Shown here: positions 20,450 to 29,898 of the stretch, piece after piece
How positions within the stretch are numbered: position 1 is the first letter of the stretch
Layout of the letters: every line of letters starts with the position of its first letter
Assembly: GCA_964593235.1 (NCBI GenBank)
Contig: CAZQGS010000039.1
Coordinates: forward strand, 44,394 to 108,393
Direction: 5' to 3'
Length of the DNA stretch: 64,000 bases
Source of the DNA: an uncultured Gemmatimonadota bacterium
GTDB lineage: Bacteria > JAAXHH01
Translations under genes and position numbers: made by a program
The notes under the pieces: generated by a model
What the model saw: the letters and a program-made list of their open reading frames with translations, nothing else
Told to the model about the DNA's origin: nothing
Databases searched by the model: none

Positions 20450-21298
20450 ATGGATACGGCTCTCGAAAAATTCAACTCAGATGGATACTTAATCCTTAAA
20501 AATTTCTATCCTAATAGAATAATAGAAGCCGCTCGAGGAGCCGCAAGTGAACTAGTTGATAGAGTTGCTATTCGACTTTTAGAATCTGGAAAAATTTCAA
20601 AAAGTTACTCAGATCAGCCTTTCGAAAGTAGATTAGCTCGGATATGTGATGTTGTCCCAAATGATGTTCCCCATATATTTCGGAAAGAACTCCATCTACT
20701 AGGTATGTACGATGTATTTTTTTTCTCACCGCTGTTAGATATAGCCGAATCCCTACTTGGCCAGGAACTCCGGCTTTACCCAAACTATTCGATTCGCCCT
20801 AAGTTGCCTGACCACGCTCCTACTCATGTCCTCTGGCATCAGGATGGTGGATATACCTATAAACTCCATTTAGATGGAGATTATAACACCACAATTGTTG
20901 ATAGTTTAAAGATGATTAATGTATGGTCTCCTCTCGTTCCAGCTCGAGAAGAAAATGGTTGTATGCAGTTTATTCCTGGAACCCACAAGATTGGTATGGC
21001 TCAACACGAAGACCGGGAGTTTTACCTTGAGATAGCTCAGGATGACCTGGTACCTTTTTTGGATAAAGCTGTGTCGATCGAACTTGACCCTGGAGACATA
21101 GTCCTGTTTCATAATATGCTCTACCATCAAGCACTACCCAATCATTCTGACCATGTCCGGTGGAGTATGGATTGGCGATACCAAGATGCTCGTCAATCAA
21201 CCCTTCGCCCCACGCAAGGACATTTAGCGCGTAGTCAAATAAACGAAAGTCAGGTAGTATCAAGTGCTGTTGACTGGGCGCAAAGAGTCTTTGGATAG
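20450..21298 (+). CDS. PhyH-family Fe(II)/2-oxoglutarate-dependent dioxygenase (paralog 3)
   Basis: 282 aa ORF. FNSDGYLILKNF, HxD (LWHQDGG) and distal His (IPGTHKIG). Confidence 0.65.
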   Translation: MDTALEKFNSDGYLILKNFYPNRIIEAARGAASELVDRVAIRLLESGKISKSYSDQPFESRLARICDVVPNDVPHIFRKELHLLGMYDVFFFSPLLDIAESLLGQELRLYPNYSIRPKLPDHAPTHVLWHQDGGYTYKLHLDGDYNTTIVDSLKMINVWSPLVPAREENGCMQFIPGTHKIGMAQHEDREFYLEIAQDDLVPFLDKAVSIELDPGDIVLFHNMLYHQALPNHSDHVRWSMDWRYQDARQSTLRPTQGHLARSQINESQVVSSAVDWAQRVFG

Positions 21299-21496
21299 TC
21301 CCCACCTTCTTGGCCATACAAAACACTATTGTGTGTCGATTTCTACAAACTTCAGGATCAATAACACAAAATTACTAATAAATCTGTAATTAATAACTTA
21401 TGTGTTGCTCTATAACATCTAATACCATATATTCGACTAGTTTCTAAGAAAGTCTATATACCTATCTTTTTATTTTGCTCTTAGGCGCGACTAGAT

Positions 21497-22090
21497 ATGT
21501 CTCAAATTGCAAATAATCCTGTATTTGTTTTTCTAAGAGTAATGTTAAAAAGTCCCCGAAAAGTATGCTCTCTAGCACCCAGTTCAAGGACTCTTGCTCG
21601 TCGTATGGCTGCAGGTTTGGAAATTAAGCCGAATGAGACCGTCATGGAACTAGGACCAGGAACAGGAGCTCTTACGGAAGAAATTAAACCTATTTTATCT
21701 CATGATACTGGATACATTGGGATTGAATTAGAATCCAAATTCGTAGGTCTATTACAGACTCGGTTCCCTGAACTCCAATTTGAGCAGGAGAACGTCACAA
21801 GAGCGTTTGAGGTATACACAGAGTCGGGAGTCCCTCCAGTAAAAGCTATTATATCCGGTTTACCAATCTCAACAATGCCAAAAGTAGTAATAGATGATCT
21901 AATCGGGAATCTTGAACAGCTTCTGGAACCGGGTGCGGTTTTCCGTATGTTCCAATATGTTCATGCCTATTATCTACCATGCGCAGTCCGTTTTCGCCGA
22001 CGAATGTCAACCTCGTTTTCGAAATATCGATGTGAGGGGTTAGTAATAAAAAATCTCCCTCCGGCATTAGTTCTAACATGGACGAGGTAA
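21497..22090 (+). CDS. class I SAM-dependent methyltransferase (rRNA adenine dimethylase-like / PmtA-like small MTase)
   Basis: 197 aa ORF. Motif I VMELGPGTGALTEEI. The target is unknown. Confidence 0.5.
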   Translation: MSQIANNPVFVFLRVMLKSPRKVCSLAPSSRTLARRMAAGLEIKPNETVMELGPGTGALTEEIKPILSHDTGYIGIELESKFVGLLQTRFPELQFEQENVTRAFEVYTESGVPPVKAIISGLPISTMPKVVIDDLIGNLEQLLEPGAVFRMFQYVHAYYLPCAVRFRRRMSTSFSKYRCEGLVIKNLPPALVLTWTR

Positions 22091-22147
22091 ATGAAGACTA
22101 AAGAAAATTTCAATTCCTAAATACCCACGAAGTGGAATAATGTAGGC

Positions 22148-24898
22148 ATGTGCCTTAAATCTACCCCCCTTAATTTTGGTATTATTAAAAATATCTTGGT
22201 ATACTTTCTCAACTATCCTATACAGTACCTAAATATAAGACTTTTATTCCTAATTTCTTTTCTGCTGCTTCCTAATTTATTATTTGCTCAGAAAGAAAAG
22301 GTCCCTAACCTGAAAGCTGCCATAAGAACCGGTGATATTGCTATTGATGGCAGGTTAGATGAAGCAGCCTGGCTTGTAGCAGTTCCCACTAGAAATTTTA
22401 TACAACGAGAACCGCTTGAAGGAGCAAAACCTGAAAAACTTACTGAAGTTAGAGTGCTTTACGATAATCGTGCTCTCTATGTGGCTGCACGGATGTATGA
22501 TGACAACCCTAAGGCGATTGCCAAACAACTAGTCCGTCGAGATGAGGGCGGCCAGTTCGATTATTTTACTATATCTATCGATCCTAATAATGATAAGCGA
22601 ACCGGATATCAATTCAGAGTTAGTGCTGCGGGTGTTCAACGAGACGCTTATCTTTATGATGATGTCAGAAGAGATAATGCCTGGAATGCTGTATGGGCTT
22701 CTAGTGCTCGAATCGACGAAAAAGGCTGGGTTGCCGAAATCCGTATTCCACTCTCACAGATACGTTATGATGTTTCTGAATCTCCACAATCTTGGGGTAT
22801 CAATTTCACTAGACGATGTTTGGCTAATAATGAGACTGTGGACTTCGCATTACAATCTCGAGTTCAGTATGGGCGAGTGAGTGTTTTGGGCCGATTGGAT
22901 GGACTCACTCTAAACACCAAAAATCGCCGCTTAGAATTCCGACCTTTTATTCTTGGAAACGCTAGAACCGCCCCATCTGAAGATGACAATCCCTTTTTCG
23001 ACGGATCAGAATTTAACAAACGTTTTGGAATTGACATACGATATGGCTTAGGATCTTCATATACTCTAGATATGGCATTTAAGCCAGACTTTGGCCAAGT
23101 TGAAGTAGATCCTGCTGTCATAAACCTTTCTGAATTTGAAACTTTCTATCAGGAACGAAGACCATTTTTCGTTGAAGATGCTAAAATCTTCGACTTCAAT
23201 CTTTCAGGCAGAGATGAATTGATATACAGTCGCCGTATTGGGCGCCAACCAACTGGCCGAGCCCCAGGTGGTTCAACCTATTCTGACATTCCCCAAGAGA
23301 CCACCATTATTGGAGCTGCAAAAATTACTGGCCGGTCATTAAGTGGTACTTCTATAGGTGTATTAGCGGCTATAACTGGCCATGAAAAGGGTAAATCTTA
23401 CTCCAAGGAAGAAAACCTTATAACCGATTTTACTGTTGAACCTCGAGCAGAACACGGTGTATTTCGAATTCGCCATGACTTTAGAGATGGAGCCACCCAA
23501 TTGGGTGCAGTAGGTACTCTCCTGCATAGGAACTTACCCAATGATGGCTCTTTTAACCATCTTACTTCGAATGCTTTCGCTGCCGGGTTAGACTTTGAAC
23601 ATAATTGGGGTGGTGTTAGAAAACGGGATTGGGCAGTCTACGGATACATTGCTGGAAGCCATGTACGTGGAAGCTCCGAATCAATACTTAGAATCCAACG
23701 GTCAAGCAACCATTATTTCCAACGGCCTGATGCTACTGGATTTGCTGTGGATTCCACAGCAACATCAATAAATGGCGCTAACTGGCGTCTCCAGTTAGCG
23801 CGACGAGACACACGTAACTGGTCCGGTTCGATTTGGCTAGCAGAAATATCGCCAGGTTTTGAAATAAATGATCTTGGATTCTCACGATCTACTGAACGGA
23901 TCGATGGCGGAGCTCGAATTGAATATCGTAATTTTATACCTGGACGATTATTCCGAAACTATAGAATAAATCTGTCTACTTTTTATAATTTTAGTCACGA
24001 GGCTCTGGATAACCCTTGGTCTGTTTCTTCATGGCAACAAAACTATAAACGGGGGGCATTCAGTGGCTATGCCGACTTCGAACTCAAAAATTTCTGGGAC
24101 ATTGAAATCAGATCCCGGTATAGCCCGACACGTTTTAGTGATACTATGACACGGGGGGGACCAGTTATGAAATCCCCCCGATCCTTTTCAATTTACTCAG
24201 GAATTGAAACAGACCGAAGAAAAGCTATTACACTAGGATATGGCTTTGAGGCGGAATGGATACAAAATAATGGTTATGAATGGAGTACCGGATTCGATAC
24301 CACGATACGTCCAACTACTAACTTCGAACTTGAAATATCACCACGTTTTACCTGGGAAAAAAACCCAGCTCAATATATTACACAAACTGACGAGCTTTTA
24401 TTTGAACCTACCTATGGAACACGTTACATTTTCTCTGACCTACAAAGTCGTTTTTTATCTCTAGAAACCCGATTAAATGTGGCTTTTTCACCCAATTTTA
24501 CATTCCAATTGTATGCCCAACCTTTGCTTGCATCAGGTGACTATCTTAATTATAAACAACTATTAAAGCCCAATAGTTTTACTTTTGATATATTAGATGA
24601 AGGAACCCGTTCCTTTGTGGATCCAAAAGATTCCCAGAGACATCTTGACTTTAATGGGGACGGAATGACTGATATTAATTTTTCCGACCGAGATTTTAAT
24701 ATACAATCACTCAGAATGAATTTAGTTCTTCGGTGGGAATATAAACCTGGGTCCCGTGTCTTTTTTGTATGGCAGCAAAACCGTGATGAACGAGATGCTA
24801 CCGGGTCAGTAAAGATAGGGGAAGACCTAAAAAAATTACTCACGGCTAATTCCAGTAATAGGTTTATTATTAAGTTTAACTACTGGTTCGGCTTGTAA
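22148..24898 (+). CDS. large secreted DUF5916 / carbohydrate-binding-module-9-like domain protein
   Basis: 916 aa ORF. A signal-peptide-like LLFLISFLLLPNLLFAQ lies about 30 aa in from the called ATG, so the real start may be a downstream TTG. The N-terminal DGRLDEAAW...VLYDNRALYVAARMYD block is typical of CBM9-like/DUF5916 proteins of FCB-group bacteria. The C-terminus is beta-rich. Confidence 0.55.
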   Translation: MCLKSTPLNFGIIKNILVYFLNYPIQYLNIRLLFLISFLLLPNLLFAQKEKVPNLKAAIRTGDIAIDGRLDEAAWLVAVPTRNFIQREPLEGAKPEKLTEVRVLYDNRALYVAARMYDDNPKAIAKQLVRRDEGGQFDYFTISIDPNNDKRTGYQFRVSAAGVQRDAYLYDDVRRDNAWNAVWASSARIDEKGWVAEIRIPLSQIRYDVSESPQSWGINFTRRCLANNETVDFALQSRVQYGRVSVLGRLDGLTLNTKNRRLEFRPFILGNARTAPSEDDNPFFDGSEFNKRFGIDIRYGLGSSYTLDMAFKPDFGQVEVDPAVINLSEFETFYQERRPFFVEDAKIFDFNLSGRDELIYSRRIGRQPTGRAPGGSTYSDIPQETTIIGAAKITGRSLSGTSIGVLAAITGHEKGKSYSKEENLITDFTVEPRAEHGVFRIRHDFRDGATQLGAVGTLLHRNLPNDGSFNHLTSNAFAAGLDFEHNWGGVRKRDWAVYGYIAGSHVRGSSESILRIQRSSNHYFQRPDATGFAVDSTATSINGANWRLQLARRDTRNWSGSIWLAEISPGFEINDLGFSRSTERIDGGARIEYRNFIPGRLFRNYRINLSTFYNFSHEALDNPWSVSSWQQNYKRGAFSGYADFELKNFWDIEIRSRYSPTRFSDTMTRGGPVMKSPRSFSIYSGIETDRRKAITLGYGFEAEWIQNNGYEWSTGFDTTIRPTTNFELEISPRFTWEKNPAQYITQTDELLFEPTYGTRYIFSDLQSRFLSLETRLNVAFSPNFTFQLYAQPLLASGDYLNYKQLLKPNSFTFDILDEGTRSFVDPKDSQRHLDFNGDGMTDINFSDRDFNIQSLRMNLVLRWEYKPGSRVFFVWQQNRDERDATGSVKIGEDLKKLLTANSSNRFIIKFNYWFGL

Positions 24899-24940
24899 CC
24901 TCAGTTTCTCTTTTATTGCAACTTGACAATTCTAGATCTT

Positions 24941-24978
24941 GAGGCCCATATTAACTGTTTATGTGGGCCTCTTTGGTT
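24941..24978 (+). terminator. rho-independent terminator downstream of the DUF5916 gene
   Basis: 8-bp GC-rich stem gaggccca/tgggcctc, a 15-nt loop, followed by tttggtt. Confidence 0.6.
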
Positions 24979-25077
24979 AGGTCTATTTTTAAAAATTTCT
25001 GATAATATAAACCCTACATTGGATAACTCCTGTCTGATTTACTATGGAGTGCGATTCAAAGAACTACCATTAAAGCC

Positions 25078-27243
25078 ATGAAAATCAGTCCTAAGATATT
25101 AATATTCCTTGGAATATTATCCATTAACTTCCTTTTCACCCAGGTGGCTCATAGCCAAGTAGTTCGAACTGACTACATGGAGTCGGAGCTCATTGTTGAA
25201 ACAGAAACAATTCTACCAGGACATCCATTCTGGGTCGGGTTGCGGATGAAAATGGATAAAGACTGGCATACCTATTGGCGTAATCCGGGGGACTCAGGAC
25301 TCCCGACGGAAATAAATTGGAAACTGCCAAACGGTTTTCAGGTTGGACAGATTCACTGGCCTTATCCCAAGACAATAATACTAGAAATGTTAGGTAGTTA
25401 TGCTTATGAAGGAGAAACCCTACTTCTTGTTGAAATTACTCCACCCGCTACCTTGAACTCAGGAATGTTTGTTGATCTGCAAGCTGAAGCTTCTTGGCTT
25501 GTTTGTGCGGATATATGTTTACCTGGTGAAGCAAAGTACAAGGTAACACTGCCGGTTTCATCTAAAGTCCCGCAGATTAATGAAAAGTGGGCATCTCTTT
25601 TTACCCAAACGAGAAAGAATCTACCGGTTCTAATACCCGAGTGGATAATTGAGGCCTCGATTACGGACTCTACCATCGTATTTCATGCCACCCCACCCCA
25701 ATGGTTTGACGGTAAAATAACCAATGTTACATTTTTCCCTTACCATGAAACACTGATAGACCATTCAGCACCTAATAAATTAGAAAGAACAAAAGACGGT
25801 TACCTATTAACTATGAGTCGATCGGAGTTCTTCTCTGGTGAGTTGGATCAAATTACTGGGGTGCTCGTCTCCGAAAGCGGATGGCGGGGAATGAGTTCCG
25901 AACGTGCCTTAGAAGTTAACGCTACCTATGTATCTCAACATCCAAAAGCAATTCTTTCTAGCGTTATACCTAATATGCAACACCAATTACCTAATATTGG
26001 GCAAGCTATAATTTTTGCTCTAATTGGGGGGTTAATTCTAAATCTAATGCCCTGTGTGTTACCTGTCATATCTATCAAAGTACTTGGCTTTATTGGACAA
26101 GCGGGTGATAATTTTATAAGAGCTCGGTGGCATGGGCTTTTCTTTACAGGCGGTATCCTAGTTTCATTCCTGGCTCTCGCTATAATTTTAATTGCCCTCC
26201 GGGCTGGTGGTGAGCAATTAGGATGGGGATTTCAGCTACAATCTCCTACATTTATTATAATATTATCTACCATTATATTTATGATTGGACTCAACCTTTT
26301 TGGCGTCTTTGAAATTGGTAATTCCCTAGGTCGCCTTGGGGCAAATCTGGATTCACGAAGTGGATTTGGAGGTTCCTTCCTTAGCGGAGTATTGGCAACT
26401 CTTGTCGCTACTCCCTGCACAGCACCGTTTATGGGGGTTGCTCTTGGATATGCGTTAACTCTATCAACGATAAAAGCGCTTATAATCTTTTGTTTTCTTG
26501 GCCTAGGCATGGCCCTACCCTACATAATTCTTTGTTTCATACCATCGATGCTTAATTTTATACCCAAACCGGGGCCATGGATGGAATCATTTAAACAATT
26601 GATGGGCTTTTTGATGATGGTAACTGTTGTATGGTTACTTTGGGTTCTGAATCTTCAAACGGATCCTAACTTTCTTGCCCTAATGATGATACTTTTAGTT
26701 ATGGTTGGGGTAGCTACTTGGATCTTGGGCCGCTGGGGCTCAACAACTTCGAGCAACAAATCTCGGTTAACTTCCAGAATTACCAGCTTTTTCATCATTA
26801 TCACTGGGGTAGTTATTATGCTCAACCAAGTACCTAATCTAGAGCATGTTAGTAACAAAAAATTAAACCCAAGTAATAATAAATTAGAATGGAAACCCTT
26901 TTCGCAGACTCTAGTTGAAGAACTTCGAGCTTCAGGGAAAACCGTTTTTGTCGACTTTACTGCTGCTTGGTGTCTTACCTGCCAAGTAAATAAAAGAGTT
27001 GCACTTAACGACAGTCAGGTTGTTGAACAGTTTAAAAACCAAGGAGTTATACCTGTTCAAGCTGACTGGACATCGAGAAATCCTGAAATAACAGAAGCGT
27101 TAGCTGAATTAGGTCGGAATAGTGTTCCTTTATACGTTCTTTATTCTGGTGGGCCCCAAAATAACCCTAAACTCTTACCAGAACTGATCACACCTGATTT
27201 AGTTTTAAACGCATTAAAAAATGTTAAAACAGCAAATCAATAG
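25078..27243 (+). CDS. protein-disulfide reductase, DsbD/ScsB family
   Basis: The ORF has three parts: signal peptide plus an N-terminal DsbD-alpha-like domain (WLVCADICLPG); a CcdA-type membrane core with CVLPVISIK and ATPCTAPFMG; and a C-terminal thioredoxin domain WCLTCQ. Confidence 0.8.
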   Translation: MKISPKILIFLGILSINFLFTQVAHSQVVRTDYMESELIVETETILPGHPFWVGLRMKMDKDWHTYWRNPGDSGLPTEINWKLPNGFQVGQIHWPYPKTIILEMLGSYAYEGETLLLVEITPPATLNSGMFVDLQAEASWLVCADICLPGEAKYKVTLPVSSKVPQINEKWASLFTQTRKNLPVLIPEWIIEASITDSTIVFHATPPQWFDGKITNVTFFPYHETLIDHSAPNKLERTKDGYLLTMSRSEFFSGELDQITGVLVSESGWRGMSSERALEVNATYVSQHPKAILSSVIPNMQHQLPNIGQAIIFALIGGLILNLMPCVLPVISIKVLGFIGQAGDNFIRARWHGLFFTGGILVSFLALAIILIALRAGGEQLGWGFQLQSPTFIIILSTIIFMIGLNLFGVFEIGNSLGRLGANLDSRSGFGGSFLSGVLATLVATPCTAPFMGVALGYALTLSTIKALIIFCFLGLGMALPYIILCFIPSMLNFIPKPGPWMESFKQLMGFLMMVTVVWLLWVLNLQTDPNFLALMMILLVMVGVATWILGRWGSTTSSNKSRLTSRITSFFIIITGVVIMLNQVPNLEHVSNKKLNPSNNKLEWKPFSQTLVEELRASGKTVFVDFTAAWCLTCQVNKRVALNDSQVVEQFKNQGVIPVQADWTSRNPEITEALAELGRNSVPLYVLYSGGPQNNPKLLPELITPDLVLNALKNVKTANQ

Positions 27244-27330
27244 GCACTAACGTTGTAATTGTAAGCATTCATAATTTTTATTCAGCATGAGGCTAGGTGT
27301 CAAAATCTTTCTAAAAAAGGAGAAAATTTC

Positions 27331-27954
27331 ATGAAACAATTACTCCACATCGCACTATTAGTTACACTAACCCTGTTTCTGAATGGCAGCCCATCTGATC
27401 TTATTGCTGAGGAGAAAGCTAAGGTTGGCCAATCAGCTCCAGATTTTACACTTACTGATGTTAGTGGAAACACTATAAGCCTATCAGATTTTCGAGGTAA
27501 CTATATTGTTCTAGAATGGATCAACTATGATTGCCCATTCGTTGCTAAACACTATAACAGCAAGAATATGCAAAGCCTCCAAGATCACTATCGAAATCAA
27601 GGCGTACTCTGGCTTGCCGTAAACTCGTCAGCTGAAGGAAAACAAGGTCAATTTTCAAATGACGAGATTCGCAAACGGCTAAAAACCCATCAGTCCACGG
27701 TTGATGCATATCTTCTCGATAAAAATGGTGAGGTGGGACGCCTGTACGGTGCTACTCATACTCCCCACATGTATATTGTTAATCCAAAAGGAACATTGAT
27801 TTACAGGGGAGCTATCGATAGTATTCGATCTACCAATATAGCGGACATTCCTAAAGCTGAAAACTACGTCACTATGGCTTTAGATGCTGTTTTTGATGGT
27901 AAAAATGTTCCTGTAGAACATACCCGGGCGTACGGTTGCGACGTCAAATATTAA
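27331..27954 (+). CDS. periplasmic thioredoxin-fold (TlpA/redoxin-like) protein with a monothiol CPFV motif
   Basis: 207 aa with an N-terminal signal peptide. The redoxin layout is APDFTL.D..G..ISLSDFRGNYIVLEW, but the active site reads YDCPFV, a single Cys. Strong SD aaggag upstream. Confidence 0.55.
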   Translation: MKQLLHIALLVTLTLFLNGSPSDLIAEEKAKVGQSAPDFTLTDVSGNTISLSDFRGNYIVLEWINYDCPFVAKHYNSKNMQSLQDHYRNQGVLWLAVNSSAEGKQGQFSNDEIRKRLKTHQSTVDAYLLDKNGEVGRLYGATHTPHMYIVNPKGTLIYRGAIDSIRSTNIADIPKAENYVTMALDAVFDGKNVPVEHTRAYGCDVKY

Positions 27955-28085
27955 ATATCTTTGTTATGTTGGTCTGGTCACAATAGAAGTTATAATTCTC
28001 AATAGATTTTATCAAAATCAGCTAAAGGGAAAATTTAAGAGGTGTCAAATCAAGAAAGTATAGATGTATTAAAAAGGAGGTGGGG

Positions 28086-28970
28086 ATGGCTATGTTTGGG
28101 GACCCTGAAAACTTTATTGTAATGAGTGATCGTGAGAAATACCTATATGACCTTCAGGGCTTTCTTGTCGTCCGCAACTTTCTGTCCCAGGAAGAAGTGG
28201 AAAACTTGAACAATGCTATCAATGCTAATCTAGATAAGGCTAGCCAACATGATCCAGGTGGTACTCTTGATGGAACACCACTGGCCGGACCCAATGCCCA
28301 ATATATTCATTACAACGGAATGTTAACCTGGGAGCAACCCTGGTGTCAACCTTTCCGTAACTTACTAGCCCACCCCAAACTAATCCCCTACCTCAATACC
28401 GTGATGGGAAGAGGTTGGAAGCTTGACCATAATATCGATATACTGACTTCGAAGGTGGGAGCTCAAGGCACACCCTTTCATGGAAACAGTACTGGAATGT
28501 TTAATGGGTCCACCTATTATATGTATGACGATGGTCGAATGCGAAGTGGGTTAAATGTCTGTCAATTTTACCTGACCGATGTAAATCCTGGTGATGGAGG
28601 ATTAGTAGTAATTCCTGGAAGCCATAAAGCCAATTTCCCGATGCCGAGTTATGTCCGGCATTATGAAGACCATCCAGAAATTTATCACCATATTATTATT
28701 AAAGCAGGTGATCTTGTTATCTTTAATGAGGCTACTACTCATGGTGCACTACCATGGAAAAGCGATGAAGAACGTCGATGTGTGCTCCACCGCTACATTC
28801 CTAAATATATGCACTACGATGGTGGAATTTATGAGACCCAGATGCCCGAGTGGACTAAAGAACTTACTGAAGCTCAGCGAGCTGTCTTAGAACCCCCTTA
28901 TATTTATAATCGTCCCCTGATTGGAGATGATGGACAAACAATCGTGAAACCTCGGAGAGAGGGGTTGTAA
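28086..28970 (+). CDS. PhyH-family Fe(II)/2-oxoglutarate-dependent dioxygenase (paralog 4; first of tandem pair)
   Basis: HxD (LDHNID), GDGGLVVIPGSHKANF and AGDLVIFNEATTHGALPW. ATG 28086 is 5 nt after aaggagg; the GTG at 28080 is too close to the SD. Confidence 0.7.
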   Translation: MAMFGDPENFIVMSDREKYLYDLQGFLVVRNFLSQEEVENLNNAINANLDKASQHDPGGTLDGTPLAGPNAQYIHYNGMLTWEQPWCQPFRNLLAHPKLIPYLNTVMGRGWKLDHNIDILTSKVGAQGTPFHGNSTGMFNGSTYYMYDDGRMRSGLNVCQFYLTDVNPGDGGLVVIPGSHKANFPMPSYVRHYEDHPEIYHHIIIKAGDLVIFNEATTHGALPWKSDEERRCVLHRYIPKYMHYDGGIYETQMPEWTKELTEAQRAVLEPPYIYNRPLIGDDGQTIVKPRREGL

Positions 28971-29018
28971 AATTACTATTCATCTGAATTATATTACATC
29001 TAAAATCAACCTACTAAC

Positions 29019-29888
29019 ATGAACCAAGCCGGCTTACCCTACATTACTATGCAGCCGCACGAAAAATACCTATTTGATTTGCAGGGATTTATTGTAGTCC
29101 GTAATGCCCTCACTCCTTTGCAGGTTAGAGACCTTAATAGGGCTTTGGAAGCTAATGCGGATAAACGCGAACAGGACACTGCGTCTGACACCAGTACAGC
29201 CTTGAGAGGTAATCGGTACCGCGGCCTTTATGAAGGAATGCTTTCTTGGGAAAAGCCTTGGTGTTTACCCTTTCGTGAAGTGCTAGCTAATCCTAAAGTT
29301 ATTCCTTATTTGAATACATTATTAGGCCGCGGATGGAAATTGGATCATGAACCCTTTATCTTTACATCCAGTGCTGGTACAGAAGGGCTTCGTCTTCATG
29401 GACATGGGTTATCCGAGTATAGTGGCTCTAGATTTTATACTTATCAAAATGGGTCTATGCGTTGCGGGTTGATCAACTGTCAGTACCAATTAAATGATGT
29501 CAATCCAGGAGATGGAGGACTATGTATTATCCCAGGTAGTCATAAAGCTAACTTTAAACTTCCGACTGACATTTCTGGCTATGAAGAAAATCAGGATATT
29601 GTATATCACGTCCCTATGAAGGCAGGGGATCTTGTTATATTTAATGAATCAACCACCCACGGTACCCTGCCTTGGCAAGGTAAACAAGAACGTCGTTCTC
29701 TTTTCTATCGCTATACCCCTAAATATATGCATTATGCTGGGGGCATGTATAAAACTAAAAATCCAGCGTGGGTCAAAGAACTCACGGACGTACAACAAGC
29801 TGTTTTGGCCCCTCCATATGTCTACAATAGGCCATTAATCGACGATGGTGGTGTTTCAATATCAATGCCCCGTCGGGAAGGTGAATGA
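29019..29888 (+). CDS. PhyH-family Fe(II)/2-oxoglutarate-dependent dioxygenase (paralog 5; tandem duplicate of the preceding gene)
   Basis: Collinear with paralog 4, with the same motif blocks: LDHEPFIFTS, GDGGLCIIPGSHKANF and AGDLVIFNESTTHGTLPW. Confidence 0.7.
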   Translation: MNQAGLPYITMQPHEKYLFDLQGFIVVRNALTPLQVRDLNRALEANADKREQDTASDTSTALRGNRYRGLYEGMLSWEKPWCLPFREVLANPKVIPYLNTLLGRGWKLDHEPFIFTSSAGTEGLRLHGHGLSEYSGSRFYTYQNGSMRCGLINCQYQLNDVNPGDGGLCIIPGSHKANFKLPTDISGYEENQDIVYHVPMKAGDLVIFNESTTHGTLPWQGKQERRSLFYRYTPKYMHYAGGMYKTKNPAWVKELTDVQQAVLAPPYVYNRPLIDDGGVSISMPRREGE

Positions 29889-29898
29889 AAGGAATACT

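Noticed and set aside
28080-28085. GTG at 28080 as start of PhyH paralog 4
   Set aside because: It abuts the aaggagg SD with zero spacing. ATG 28086, five nt downstream of the SD, is the plausible start.
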